The position numbers were made by a program, and so were the translations under genes. The notes beneath the pieces were generated by a model that saw only the letters and a program-made list of their open reading frames with translations, did no database searches and was not told where the DNA came from. Below are positions 54,667 to 64,000 of a stretch of 64,000 bases of DNA, piece by piece (position 1 is the stretch's first letter; every line of letters starts with the position of its first letter). This DNA is from an uncultured Acidobacteriota bacterium (lineage in GTDB: Bacteria > Acidobacteriota > Thermoanaerobaculia > Gp7-AA8), in contig CAVUKB010000004.1 of NCBI GenBank assembly GCA_963741955.1, forward strand, positions 96,001 to 160,000, given 5' to 3'.

Positions 54667-55247
54667 CTTCGCCGGTTGCGATCGAAAACGCTCTTGCGCG
54701 AATCGAGGCTGGCTTTAATCGCCTCGGCTTGCCCGTGCATCACCTACTTTGCCCTGGGATATCGAGAGACGCAGTCGAGAAGGAATTTCGCGAATTTGGC
54801 TTCGCGCTCACAGATGAACTTGCGCGACTCTGGAACTGGCGTGATGGCACGGATGTCGTTGGGCGTGTGCTCGACGACACGCATTTCTTCCCTGGGTTCT
54901 ACCTAATCTCGCATGCCGATTCGATCGAGCATTACCGGCGCTTTCGCAACGATCATCGCTGGGACCCGAGCTGGGTGCCTATCTTTGCAAACGGTGGCGG
55001 CGATTTTTATGTCGTGTCGTTAACGGCATCTCGCCGGCCAACGAGCGAAGTAATAGGGTTCATTCTCGGCGAGGAAACGCATCCAGTTGAGTTTCTAAGT
55101 CTCACGGTGATGCTTGAAGTGATTGCCGAGTGCTACGAACACGGTGCGTATTTTCTTTCGGATGAGGGATACCTCGAGACGAACGATGAAATTGAGATCG
55201 CGATCGCGAGTCGTCTAAATCCGGGTGTCGAACGCTGGGCCTCGTAG
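54663..55247 (+). CDS. SMI1/KNR4 (SUKH) immunity protein
   Basis: L.PG.S......L..EL..LW.W.DG; W..SW.PIF.NGGGDFY; ATGA-coupled. Confidence 0.85.
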   Translation: MTSPVAIENALARIEAGFNRLGLPVHHLLCPGISRDAVEKEFREFGFALTDELARLWNWRDGTDVVGRVLDDTHFFPGFYLISHADSIEHYRRFRNDHRWDPSWVPIFANGGGDFYVVSLTASRRPTSEVIGFILGEETHPVEFLSLTVMLEVIAECYEHGAYFLSDEGYLETNDEIEIAIASRLNPGVERWAS

Positions 55248-55415
55248 CGAGAAGAGTTGGAGATGAAGCTTCGGGTGTCTGCCGCGTGTCCGAGCGCGTT
55301 GCAACGTCAGCAGTTCCGGGTCGCTGAGCTCGAGCAGCTGGCTCGAAAACGACCGCTTCGTACGTCTCTCCCTTCTTCCGTCGCGCCATTCTTCACATCT
55401 CCATGGCATCACGTC

Positions 55416-56318
55416 TCAAGCTTCGTTCCGCTGCTGCGCTCTCTTGAGCACATCGAAGTAGGGAAGACGAAGCAGAATGCCGAGCGCCTCGTGCGTCAGT
55501 TCGGCCGACATCTTCCTGAGTGCGTCGCTCGCTGCGATGGCGTGCGGTGGGTCAACAGGGAAAGCAATCAGTTCGCCGATGATCGTCTCCGCCTGCCGCG
55601 CGTCGGCATCAATCAGACGAAGCAGTCCGCTGGCGATCGCGTTTTCGTATGGGAACAGAGCGCGCTTCGGCATCGCGGCATCCAGTCGTGCGAGAAAATG
55701 AACCACGGCATGACTCAGCATGAAGTAGTAGTTACCTCGTGCAGCGGGCGAGAGGACATGTCTCCAAACATCCCACGCGATGCGCTTCTGCACCTCGATC
55801 GCGAATCCGGTGACGGGGAACTCCGCGCCGAGCGAGCGGATGTCGTTGACGTAATCATCGAGCACCTCGTGTGCTTCGTCGAAACTGAGACGGCTAAACG
55901 AATCGTGAGCATGCTCGAACATCATCTCGCGGTACGAGCGCAGTCCTTTCGACTCACGGAATCGCCGGGCGAGATCCTCGGCACGTTCTCGCGGCGGTCC
56001 ACTTTCGTACTCGGATGAGAGGAGGGTGTCGCGAAGGACCTGCAGAAACAGTTTCAATCGCTGGCCGCGACTCGCTGCGTCGGCGGCTTCGATGTCGGCG
56101 CGGGGTATCGAGCGCACGCGCAGTTCGCAGTCGGCCGCGTAGGCCTGATCAGCCGCGTAGTGCGACAGGTAGTGAATCGGAGCTGACGAATCGCGAACGA
56201 CTTTGAACACGGGCTCTCTGCATGCCGGACAGACGATCTGAAAGCTTCGGCAGTCGTCGTAGCTGACAGCAGGTGCGTGAATGTGTTCGCCGAGAAGGAC
56301 GCTGTAGCCCAGATCCAC
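55416..56318 (-). CDS. Hypothetical protein with an N-terminal CPAC..H...C zinc-finger-like motif
   Basis: 300-aa ORF with IVCPACREPVF...YLSHY......C. Confidence 0.6.
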   Translation of the reverse strand: MDLGYSVLLGEHIHAPAVSYDDCRSFQIVCPACREPVFKVVRDSSAPIHYLSHYAADQAYAADCELRVRSIPRADIEAADAASRGQRLKLFLQVLRDTLLSSEYESGPPRERAEDLARRFRESKGLRSYREMMFEHAHDSFSRLSFDEAHEVLDDYVNDIRSLGAEFPVTGFAIEVQKRIAWDVWRHVLSPAARGNYYFMLSHAVVHFLARLDAAMPKRALFPYENAIASGLLRLIDADARQAETIIGELIAFPVDPPHAIAASDALRKMSAELTHEALGILLRLPYFDVLKRAQQRNEA

Positions 56319-56394
56319 GCTTCACCTTGTCATTCGCGCGCTAAGCTCGCGGAGGATGTGGTGTCGCGCACCGGCTTCTTGTGAGCGATCGTCA

Positions 56395-56838
56395 TCAACC
56401 GGCCTTTCCCAGGAACGCGTCGATGGTTCGGAGCAGCGCTTCCTGATCGCGCCGCGGGAGCTGCTCGAGCTGCTGAAGCTTGCGAAGCAGGCGGCGGTTT
56501 TTGATCGGAGCACCGGCGCGCGGCTCTGCGATGCCGAGGATCTCGTCAGCCGACGCGCCGAGGATCTGCGTGAGCGCGATGATCACCTCGCCGTTGAGAC
56601 GGAACGAATCGCGTTCCCATCCTGAGATCATCGGTTGCGCAACGCCGAGCATCCCCGCCAACTCCTCCTGCGTGATGCCGCGGTCGCGGCGCAAACGTGC
56701 GAGCCGCTGACCGACCGTCTCTTCCTGTTTCGCTGCAGCCTTCCGAACCAAGTCGCGAGCCTCCCTGAGATCTTCCGAATCGATTTTAGGGAGTAGGTTC
56801 GTGGTCATCGGCTGTGCTTCTTGACTCTTCATAAGCAT
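56395..56838 (-). CDS. XRE-family HTH regulator (start uncertain)
   Basis: GQRLARLRRDRGITQEELA..LGV.Q..IS.WE; C-terminal LPRRDQ..LLR.IDAFL. Confidence 0.88.
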   Translation of the reverse strand: MLMKSQEAQPMTTNLLPKIDSEDLREARDLVRKAAAKQEETVGQRLARLRRDRGITQEELAGMLGVAQPMISGWERDSFRLNGEVIIALTQILGASADEILGIAEPRAGAPIKNRRLLRKLQQLEQLPRRDQEALLRTIDAFLGKAG

Positions 56839-56959
56839 AGCTTATATTCTACTGGGCAGTTTCGCGAGGTAGCAAATTCATCGAAAAAGCCCTTGACACG
56901 TTTTTCGAAGGAGGCCAGAAGCGACGCGTGAAGAGTGGGGGTCAGGGCTTTGCCTGTCG

Positions 56960-59660
56960 GTTGTCCATCGTAACTCGCTGCCACGGCGCCACTTAGCGTC
57001 AACGTCGACTCCATCCAGCGGACGCTCTTCGGCGGCCAGACGCCACTCCCTCTTCTCACCGCGAGCTATCGGAATGCAAGACGTCCCGACGTTCGTACCG
57101 TCCAGACCGACTGCACCGCGATCCCGAACTGCACGCCGAGCTCGTTCTCGCGGATCTACGCCTACGAGACCGAGACTGGACGGCTCGACGAGATGCGCGT
57201 CGAAACGGCGGGCGGGATGACCCTCGCCGGAACCCATGTCGGCTTCGACGACTCCAGATCAACGACATCAACCTCCTCGGCGTCTCGAACGGCGCGCGTC
57301 ATTCGCGTTTCGCATACGACGCCAGGAGCCGCCTCGCCGGGTCGATCTACGGGACGACGACCGACGCACAACCGTCCGTCGGCGCTCCGAGCACCGGGCA
57401 GTCGACCGAAGACCTGACCCCCGCCGACTTCCGCTCGGGCCAGGAGCGGACGCCGCAGCTCGACTCGGCGACGCTCTCGGTTCTCGCCTCGCGCGGGATC
57501 GACCTCTCGCTCCTCGACCCGCCGTCGATGACGGCCACCGAGTCGGCGGCGGGACACAAGATCGAATCGATCAGCAGCGGCTCCACGACCGAGGCGCTCC
57601 ACTACCCGCAGTCGCAGAGAACCGAGGACGGCCAGTTCGTATACGAGTGGGATGAGAAGGGGAGACTGACCAGCGTCACCGAGAAGCCCACCTCCGCGAA
57701 CGGGGAGATCCGGCGGATCCTGTACGACTACGACGGCAACGACCGTCTCGTCGGACGCCGCGCGGAGATGGCCGAGGTTACCGATCCCGCGGCGGACCCG
57801 GACACACTCTCCTGGGATCTCGAGGCCCGTCCCGACGTCCTCGCGAGCGACGGGCTTCCGGCGGACGTCACGCTCGTGTGGGATCCGCTGTCCGATACGC
57901 TCGTCTCCATCTTCAAGGCGGGGGCGAGCCGGAACGCATCGATCGATGCGAACGGCGGGCTCCTCGCGCAGTTCATCCACGGCGGGCTCTCGTACGACGA
58001 CCCGATCGAGACCACCCGCGTTTCCACGCGCCCGGGCACGACTGGCAGCGAGATCGACCGCTTCTATCCGGTCTACGACGAGGCCGGGACGGGGAATCTC
58101 GACGCGGTGCTGAACGCGAGCGGCGAGATCGTCGCGCGCAACGTGCCGAACGATCCGTTCGGTGCGCACGAGCTGGATCTCAACGGCGCCGCGGTCGACG
58201 GGATGGCGATCGACGCCGCAAAAGACCGCGACGGCAACCTCACTACGGTGGAGGTCACGGTGCGGACCACCGAGGCGCTGAGCGCGCCGACGCTCGCAGC
58301 GGGTCTGCGGCTCGCGGCTGTGGACGGCGGGGGAGCGGTGGTAAGATCGTCGGGCGCAATCCCGCAGCTCATTGACAACGATCCGTACTCGGCACGCTTC
58401 ACGCTGACGGCGGCGCAATGGACCGCACTGACGGACGCGTCTCCGGTGGGGACGCTCACGCCGGCGGCGCTGTCGGTCGCGGTGACGAAGGAGCTCCGGG
58501 CCGCGGCGTGGGGAGCGGATGTCCCCGTCCTCCCGGCGCCCGACTGGGCGACGGCGACGCAACCGGTGACGAGCTCCGGCAATCTTCCGGTCGAAGTGCG
58601 CGAGTCGCTCTCGAGCCTCTCCATCTGGCTCGCAGGGGTTCCCGCGGACGGCGCCGACAAAAAGACGTTCTACGAGGTCGATTCGCTCGCGCTCCTCGCC
58701 TCGGCGGCGCCCGCCTCAGGCGGCGGCGAGAGCCCCATGGCCGCGATGCTCACCGCCCGCTTCCAGGCCCAGCCCTTCACCGAGCCCCTCACCCGCCACA
58801 ACTACGTCCGCGCCCGCTGGTACGACCCGGAGACCGGGACGTGGCTCACCCCAGATCCACTCGGCTATCGCGACTCTTCGAATCTTTACTCCTATTGCCA
58901 CGGCGATCCGGTGAATCGAAGGGATCCGACGGGGCAGTACGAAACAGACGTACATCGCGTCTTCACGCAGTACCTCGCGTTGCGTGCAGGCTTCTCTCCT
59001 GCCGAAGCCCTCTTGATCGCTGCTGGCGACGAAGCCGTAGATCAGGATCCGGTGTCTGAGCCGTTAGGAAATGCTCGCGCCGGTAACTGGCCCGCGGTTC
59101 GCCGTAACCATTTCGCTATTTCGTCAGGCGAAATCAAGGTACGGAGAAATAGCCCTATAGCGCGCCGCGGAGTGGAGACCGCGACCGATCTGGGCGCCCT
59201 TGGCCGAGGCCTCCACGTGCTGCAGGACTCGTACTCACATGAGGATGCGTACGTAGGTGATATTGCCGATCAGTACAAGAAGTACGGCGGCGTGCGGCTC
59301 GGCACTGTGATGCGCGCGATCAAAGATCCGGAGGAAGGGATCGGTCACCCCGACAAGCCCGAAATCGGCAGTCGAGCCGACAATCATTTGACTGACCAGA
59401 CATGGACCGATCCAGGGAAGGCGGTCGAAATGGCACGCACGACGTCTGATGCGCTCGTCGATTATCGCCTCCGCTCAGGTCAGATCACGACTGCTCAGGC
59501 AGCGGCGTTGCGAAGCAAGTGGGATCGTCTCCAACCAAGCGTATCCGCATTCGCTCAAGCGAAAACGAAAGCAGAGAAACAGCAGTGGCTCCAACGGTAC
59601 GCGCAAACACTTGAATTTACGGAGGAGGACTTGAAGGATATGAGCATCCCGAAAGACTGA
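56960..59660 (+). CDS. Orphan Rhs cassette (type B; frameshift near 57250) with Zn-dependent phospholipase C/HET-C-like CT
   Basis: DPVN..DPTG|QYETDVH...T..LA..AGF, HF, LG..LH..QDSYSH. Confidence 0.75.
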
Positions 59661-59661
59661 T

Positions 59662-59931
59662 ATGACAAGACGCCTGCTCCCATCGCTGATCATTGCGTCG
59701 ATCGCTCACTCGGCACTCTGGCTGACGTGGCCGGCTTACAGGTACGGGTTCGGACTGCGCTTGCCAAAGGTTGTGCTCGACTTTGTTGCTTCCGCTTTTC
59801 GATACCGCCAAATCGAAGATCTGCCTGATGCACAAGCGAAAGGCATTCTGATCATGGGGTTTCTTCTGATAGCAGCCGGCGGCGTCGCTGCTTTCGTTTT
59901 GGACCGACGTCGTAAAGCGCAATCGATCTGA
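59662..59931 (+). CDS. Small membrane protein, putative immunity
   Basis: Two hydrophobic segments; starts 1 nt after the toxin stop. Confidence 0.65.
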   Translation: MTRRLLPSLIIASIAHSALWLTWPAYRYGFGLRLPKVVLDFVASAFRYRQIEDLPDAQAKGILIMGFLLIAAGGVAAFVLDRRRKAQSI

Positions 59932-60116
59932 CGCCTACAGCCCAGTGACCTTCTGACGAAGCTTCTCCTTCAGAAGAAGAGCAGGTGTTCTGCCTCAGTC
60001 GGAACGTGACGGACGAACGGCCGTGCCGGAACCCGCAGCAGGGCCAAAGCTTCATTTTTCTCATCCCGGGCAGTGGTATCCGGTCCTGCAGGGTCGACAT
60101 CAGGTCGCCACTGTGC

Positions 60117-61010
60117 TCATGACGCAGCGATCCTTGCGTCGGTGACGATGGCACGCAGCAGAGCCTCGGATGAGGCGAGCACGTTGCGGTCGGCGCGGCG
60201 GGCGAGGGCGACATTCGCGAGGCGGACGGCACCTTCGTTGAGAGTTGTGCGGTTCAGAGAAGGTCCTTCAGTCGGATGGCCGATGAACAGAGCGGCGCGT
60301 GGTGAGAGCGGGAAGGCGCGGATCAGACGCGGATCGAATGGATCGTCGCCGAATCCTCCCTGGCGAACGAGAAGGCCGAGGGGGCGATCGCTCGTGATGA
60401 AGGCCGAGTTCGCGGGAGCGCGGCCGACGAGCCATTCGGTCCAGAACAGATGCATCGCGAGCTCAAACCCGCCGGCGAGCATGACGCTGATCTGGTCGAA
60501 GCCTTTGGTTAGGTCGAGGTGAGCGCAGTCGTCGAGAACGAGGTTCTTGATCGTCCACGGGTCGAGCCACACGCCGGTCACGCCGCGGAACGCTTCGGAA
60601 AACCGCTCGAGAAAGGCCTCGTCGTCGTCGAGGTTGTCGCGGGCGGAGAGCGGCGGGGTGGTGGTGCGAAATCCCGAGCCGCGTGAATCGGCGAATCCCA
60701 TGAAGAACGCCACGCTCCAGCGCTCTTCGCGCGTGAGCGTCTCGCCGTGTTCGATCTTGTCGAAGATCGCGACGGCGCTGTCGATCTCAGCCAGCCGGCC
60801 TTCCACCCAGCGCTCGGTCGCGCCCTCCTTCGTCTTCATCGCGTAGAAGTCGGTCTGCGCCGCGATGTTCCTCGTTCCGCTGAATCGGTACTTGCCTGTC
60901 ACGCGGTCGAACACGTGAACACGGGGGCCATCGGGTGAGAATCGCCGCATGTAGCCCTGCGGCAGCAAGTGGTGGAGCTTCGCGTCGGTCTCGGGAGCGC
61001 GTTGGCGCAT
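60117..61010 (-). CDS. DUF4238-family protein
   Basis: HHLLPQGYM..F, ..DFY, FITSD.P, FPLSP. Confidence 0.85.
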   Translation of the reverse strand: MRQRAPETDAKLHHLLPQGYMRRFSPDGPRVHVFDRVTGKYRFSGTRNIAAQTDFYAMKTKEGATERWVEGRLAEIDSAVAIFDKIEHGETLTREERWSVAFFMGFADSRGSGFRTTTPPLSARDNLDDDEAFLERFSEAFRGVTGVWLDPWTIKNLVLDDCAHLDLTKGFDQISVMLAGGFELAMHLFWTEWLVGRAPANSAFITSDRPLGLLVRQGGFGDDPFDPRLIRAFPLSPRAALFIGHPTEGPSLNRTTLNEGAVRLANVALARRADRNVLASSEALLRAIVTDARIAAS

Positions 61011-61061
61011 TGCGTTAGGTCGTCAGGCGCATGGGTGTGATGAGGTCTTCTGGCCTCCGGC

Positions 61062-61856
61062 CTACTTCTTCTCGAGTGCTCGGCGTACGGTGTTCTTGAT
61101 GGACCGTTCGAGCAAGGCGAGAGACTCGTCGTAGCGGTTCTCGTCGCGGAAGTCGGCGTAGCGGTAATCAGCGAGGAAGAGGGGCACGGTGCATTCTTTG
61201 TGCAGCACCGGAAAGATCTTGAAATCGCTCCCCAGGCGCAGCGCGTACGCGGCACGGAGCTCCTCGTTGACCCACGGGCGCGAGAGCGCTTCGGGCGAGA
61301 GAACGATGAGCATGGAGTACGAGTTCTGCAGTCCTTCCTGAATCTTCGCGGAGAGCGAGTCACCGATCTCGATCTCGTGTTCGTCGCGCCAGATGTTGAT
61401 CTCACGCAAGCCGAGATCGTGCTCGAGACGTCGCGCGAAGTCGGCATCGCCGCTGAAGTAACTCATGAATGTGTCGAAGCGCTTTGGGCGAGTCATATCG
61501 AGGAGGCTGCCGCGTGGGACCAGGACGTCCATCGCCCCGTAGCGTGATCCTTCCGGGTTGGCGGGAGCGAGTCGATCGATGATCGTCTCCGGTGGCGCGT
61601 TGCGGACTAGCACTCCGCGCCGGCTCCAGTACGGATCATCGGCGAATCTTGTCGTGTAGTTGATGATCTTCTCGCCGGCAGTGACGAGACTCGGCAGGTT
61701 CAGAATCCACTCGGCTTCATCCGGGAAGAAGTCGAGCAACAGCAGATCCCGGCCATTCAGCATGTCGCCGATGTTGACGATCTGAATGTTGTTCCCCTTG
61801 GTCGTCAGCTCGTGAATGCCCCAGCAGGGGTTCTGCGCATCGGGCTTGGGGAGCAT
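61062..61856 (-). CDS. TIR (TIR_2) domain protein; start uncertain
   Basis: FDTFMSY...D..FA.RL..DL......W.D..EI..GDSL...I..GL..S...LIVLSP..L..PWV..EL. Confidence 0.85.
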   Translation of the reverse strand: MLPKPDAQNPCWGIHELTTKGNNIQIVNIGDMLNGRDLLLLDFFPDEAEWILNLPSLVTAGEKIINYTTRFADDPYWSRRGVLVRNAPPETIIDRLAPANPEGSRYGAMDVLVPRGSLLDMTRPKRFDTFMSYFSGDADFARRLEHDLGLREINIWRDEHEIEIGDSLSAKIQEGLQNSYSMLIVLSPEALSRPWVNEELRAAYALRLGSDFKIFPVLHKECTVPLFLADYRYADFRDENRYDESLALLERSIKNTVRRALEKK

Positions 61857-62372
61857 GAAGAAGACGTTGGGTGTCTCCGGGAAAGATGAAGGGTCAGGGC
61901 TTCGTCTCTTGCTTGTTCCTCTAAGTACCCGAATATACGCGAGTTACTCGTCGGTTTGTCGCGCTACGAGAAATGATGCGGCGCCTTCGCCCGTCGGTTG
62001 TGACAGGAGATCATCGGGGGGACCGAATATGGGGGCGAGGCCTTCGCCTGTCGGTTCTTCGTCCTAAGCCACTGTCGAAGCAGCACTTCGGTTGCGCTGT
62101 CTCTCGGCGCGGATTGCACTCCATGCCCCTCCGCAGTGGTCGTCCGGGCCCTCGAGAGGCGGCGCGTCGCTCCGAACCTATTCTGCGAGGAGTAGAACCC
62201 TGGGCGCGAGAGCCGAGGGACTCTCGATCGCCTGGTACGACCACGTCGACTCGAGTTTCGCGCCGCCGCGTTCCACGTCGCCCGGCGCGGCAACGAGACG
62301 TTCAATTCGCGGAGAAGTCGTCTTCGTGCAGCAACTTTGGGCGCATCGACCGAAGGGCGAAGGCCTGACTCC

Positions 62373-64000
62373 GAACAACCGCCTCGGGTTCGAGGACGGA
62401 AAGCCGGTTCCGCCGTCCGGGAACGAGATCCCCGGCCTCTCCTGGCCGACCGGCCCCGTGACGGGATTCCCGAGTGGCGAGGTCACCGTCTCGGGAGGAA
62501 CCGTGGTTTGGGGCGGCGCGCTCGAGCGAGACACGGCCGCTCGCATCAAGAAGATCGATCTCGCCGGAGTCGTCTCGCATGGGTCCAGCTACACCTACGA
62601 CAAGGACCGTGGATGGCTCCGCGAGTCGATTCTGGTGCGGCCGGACGAGAAGCTCAGTTCGGTCCCGCCCACGATCGATTCGTTCGTCCCGGCCGACTTC
62701 CTCACTCTCCACGAAGCTCCTTCGGCACTCTCTACAGCGCAGAACCAGAAGCTCGGGGAGAAGGCGTGGTCGATCGAGCCCGCAACCTGGAGCGCCTCGC
62801 GGCAGACCGGGAGCCGGATCGGAACGCTGACCCTCTCTCTCCCGGGTCTGGACGACCTCTCCCGCACGTTCCAGTACACCGGCGGCCGGCGCACCTCGGA
62901 CGGAGTCTGGACGTACACGTGGGACGATTTCGAGCGGCTCACCGCGATGGAGAACCCCTCGACCGCGCGTCGCATCGAGTTCCGGTACGACACGAATGGG
63001 CGGGTGATCTCCCGGACGGCATTCCGAACCGATGGCATCGATCCGCTCCTCGAAGACCGTGGGGACATTCTCGCGAAAGACGGGCTTCCGGCCGACACGA
63101 CGTTCGTCTGGGATCCGATCGCCGACCGTCTCGTGGCGATCTTCGAAGGTCGCCAGACACTGGTCCCCGGCGGCCCGAAAGCGTACGACGGTCTCCTCCG
63201 CCAGATGCTCCATGGCGACCAGGGGTACGACGATCCGGTCGAGGTCCTCAAACGCGTCGGCGGCAGCTCGGCGGCCCCGGAAGTCGAGCACCTCTATCCG
63301 GTGGTCGACCACTCGGGGACCGGCTCCCTCCAGGCGGTCCTCGGCGCGGACGGCAATCTCATCGAGCGCGTCCTCTACGGCAGCGCCTGGGGAGCGAAGC
63401 CGAAGTACCTCCAGGGACCGCTCGTCGAGAACGCGAAGCTCGAAGCAGAGAAGGACGGCAGCGGAAATCTCACGAAGGTCACCGCCGAGATCCGGCTGAC
63501 CGAGAAGATCGCCGAGAGCTCGCTCCCGGGCATGGTGATCCATCTTCTGAAAGCCGACGGGAGCGAAGCTGCGCCGCCCACCGGCTCGCTGACGCTCGAC
63601 TCGAAGAGGCCGAACGTCCTGGTCTGGAGCGTGACCGGAGCGGAGTGGCAGTCGTGGACGGCGGCGAGCGGCGCGGCGACGCTCGAGATCGCCGTCACGG
63701 ACCAGCTCCGCGCGGAAGGGTGGGGGGAGACGCCGGTCATGATGGCCCCCGAGTGGGCAACGACGCTGTATGGTGTAAAATCGAGTGCATCACAACCGTG
63801 GCAGCGTCGCGAGTCGCTCGCGACGCTCGCCACCGAGTTCTTTGACAAGACCGCGGCCGGCGCGACCCGCGAGGCGGAGATCTACGACATCCCGGACCTC
63901 TATCTCGCCGCCTCACCCGACTCGAAGACGCAGCTCCTGACCGGCTTTCACGCCTATCCCTTCGTCGAACCCGCATCCGGGCTCGTGTACGCGCGAGCAC
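62373..64000 (+). CDS. Orphan Rhs cassette (type A), running off the window end
   Basis: Near-identical to 52074-53700; the toxin lies beyond the window. Confidence 0.85.

Noticed and set aside
55257-56018. 253-aa + strand ORF
   Set aside because: It is antisense to the more protein-like 55416-56318 ORF.

Overview
GC-rich bacterial window; the gene content suggests Acidobacteria or Planctomycetes, but the taxon is not established. It holds a polymorphic-toxin locus with two giant genes. The first is a 5'-partial ~5000-aa surface protein. The second is a ~7500-codon signal-peptide-bearing Ig/SbsA/beta-propeller/Rhs gene, broken by several +/-1 frameshifts that may be sequencing errors, ending in a DUF2235/Tle1-like lipase toxin followed by its immunity gene. 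Downstream is an array of orphan Rhs-CT/immunity cassettes built on two Rhs core types (WHH nuclease, Tox-REase-7, HINT+GIY-YIG-like, NucA/NucB, Zn-phospholipase-C/HET-C-like), plus two ISL3 copies, a MITE, remnants of a probable REP-associated tyrosine transposase, and XRE, DUF4238 and TIR genes. The most unusual signal is that the giant ORFs are full of frame-preserving insertions. These comprise about 26 tracts of exactly four heptamers, inverted tract pairs forming ~30-bp stems, REP-like palindromes, two complete four-helix-bundle (23S-IVS/Avd-like) genes nested in the +1 frame, and antisense toxin-antitoxin operons that the giant ORFs read through. A single-heptamer difference between two copies of an RBS/start module decides read-through versus ATGA-coupled termination.
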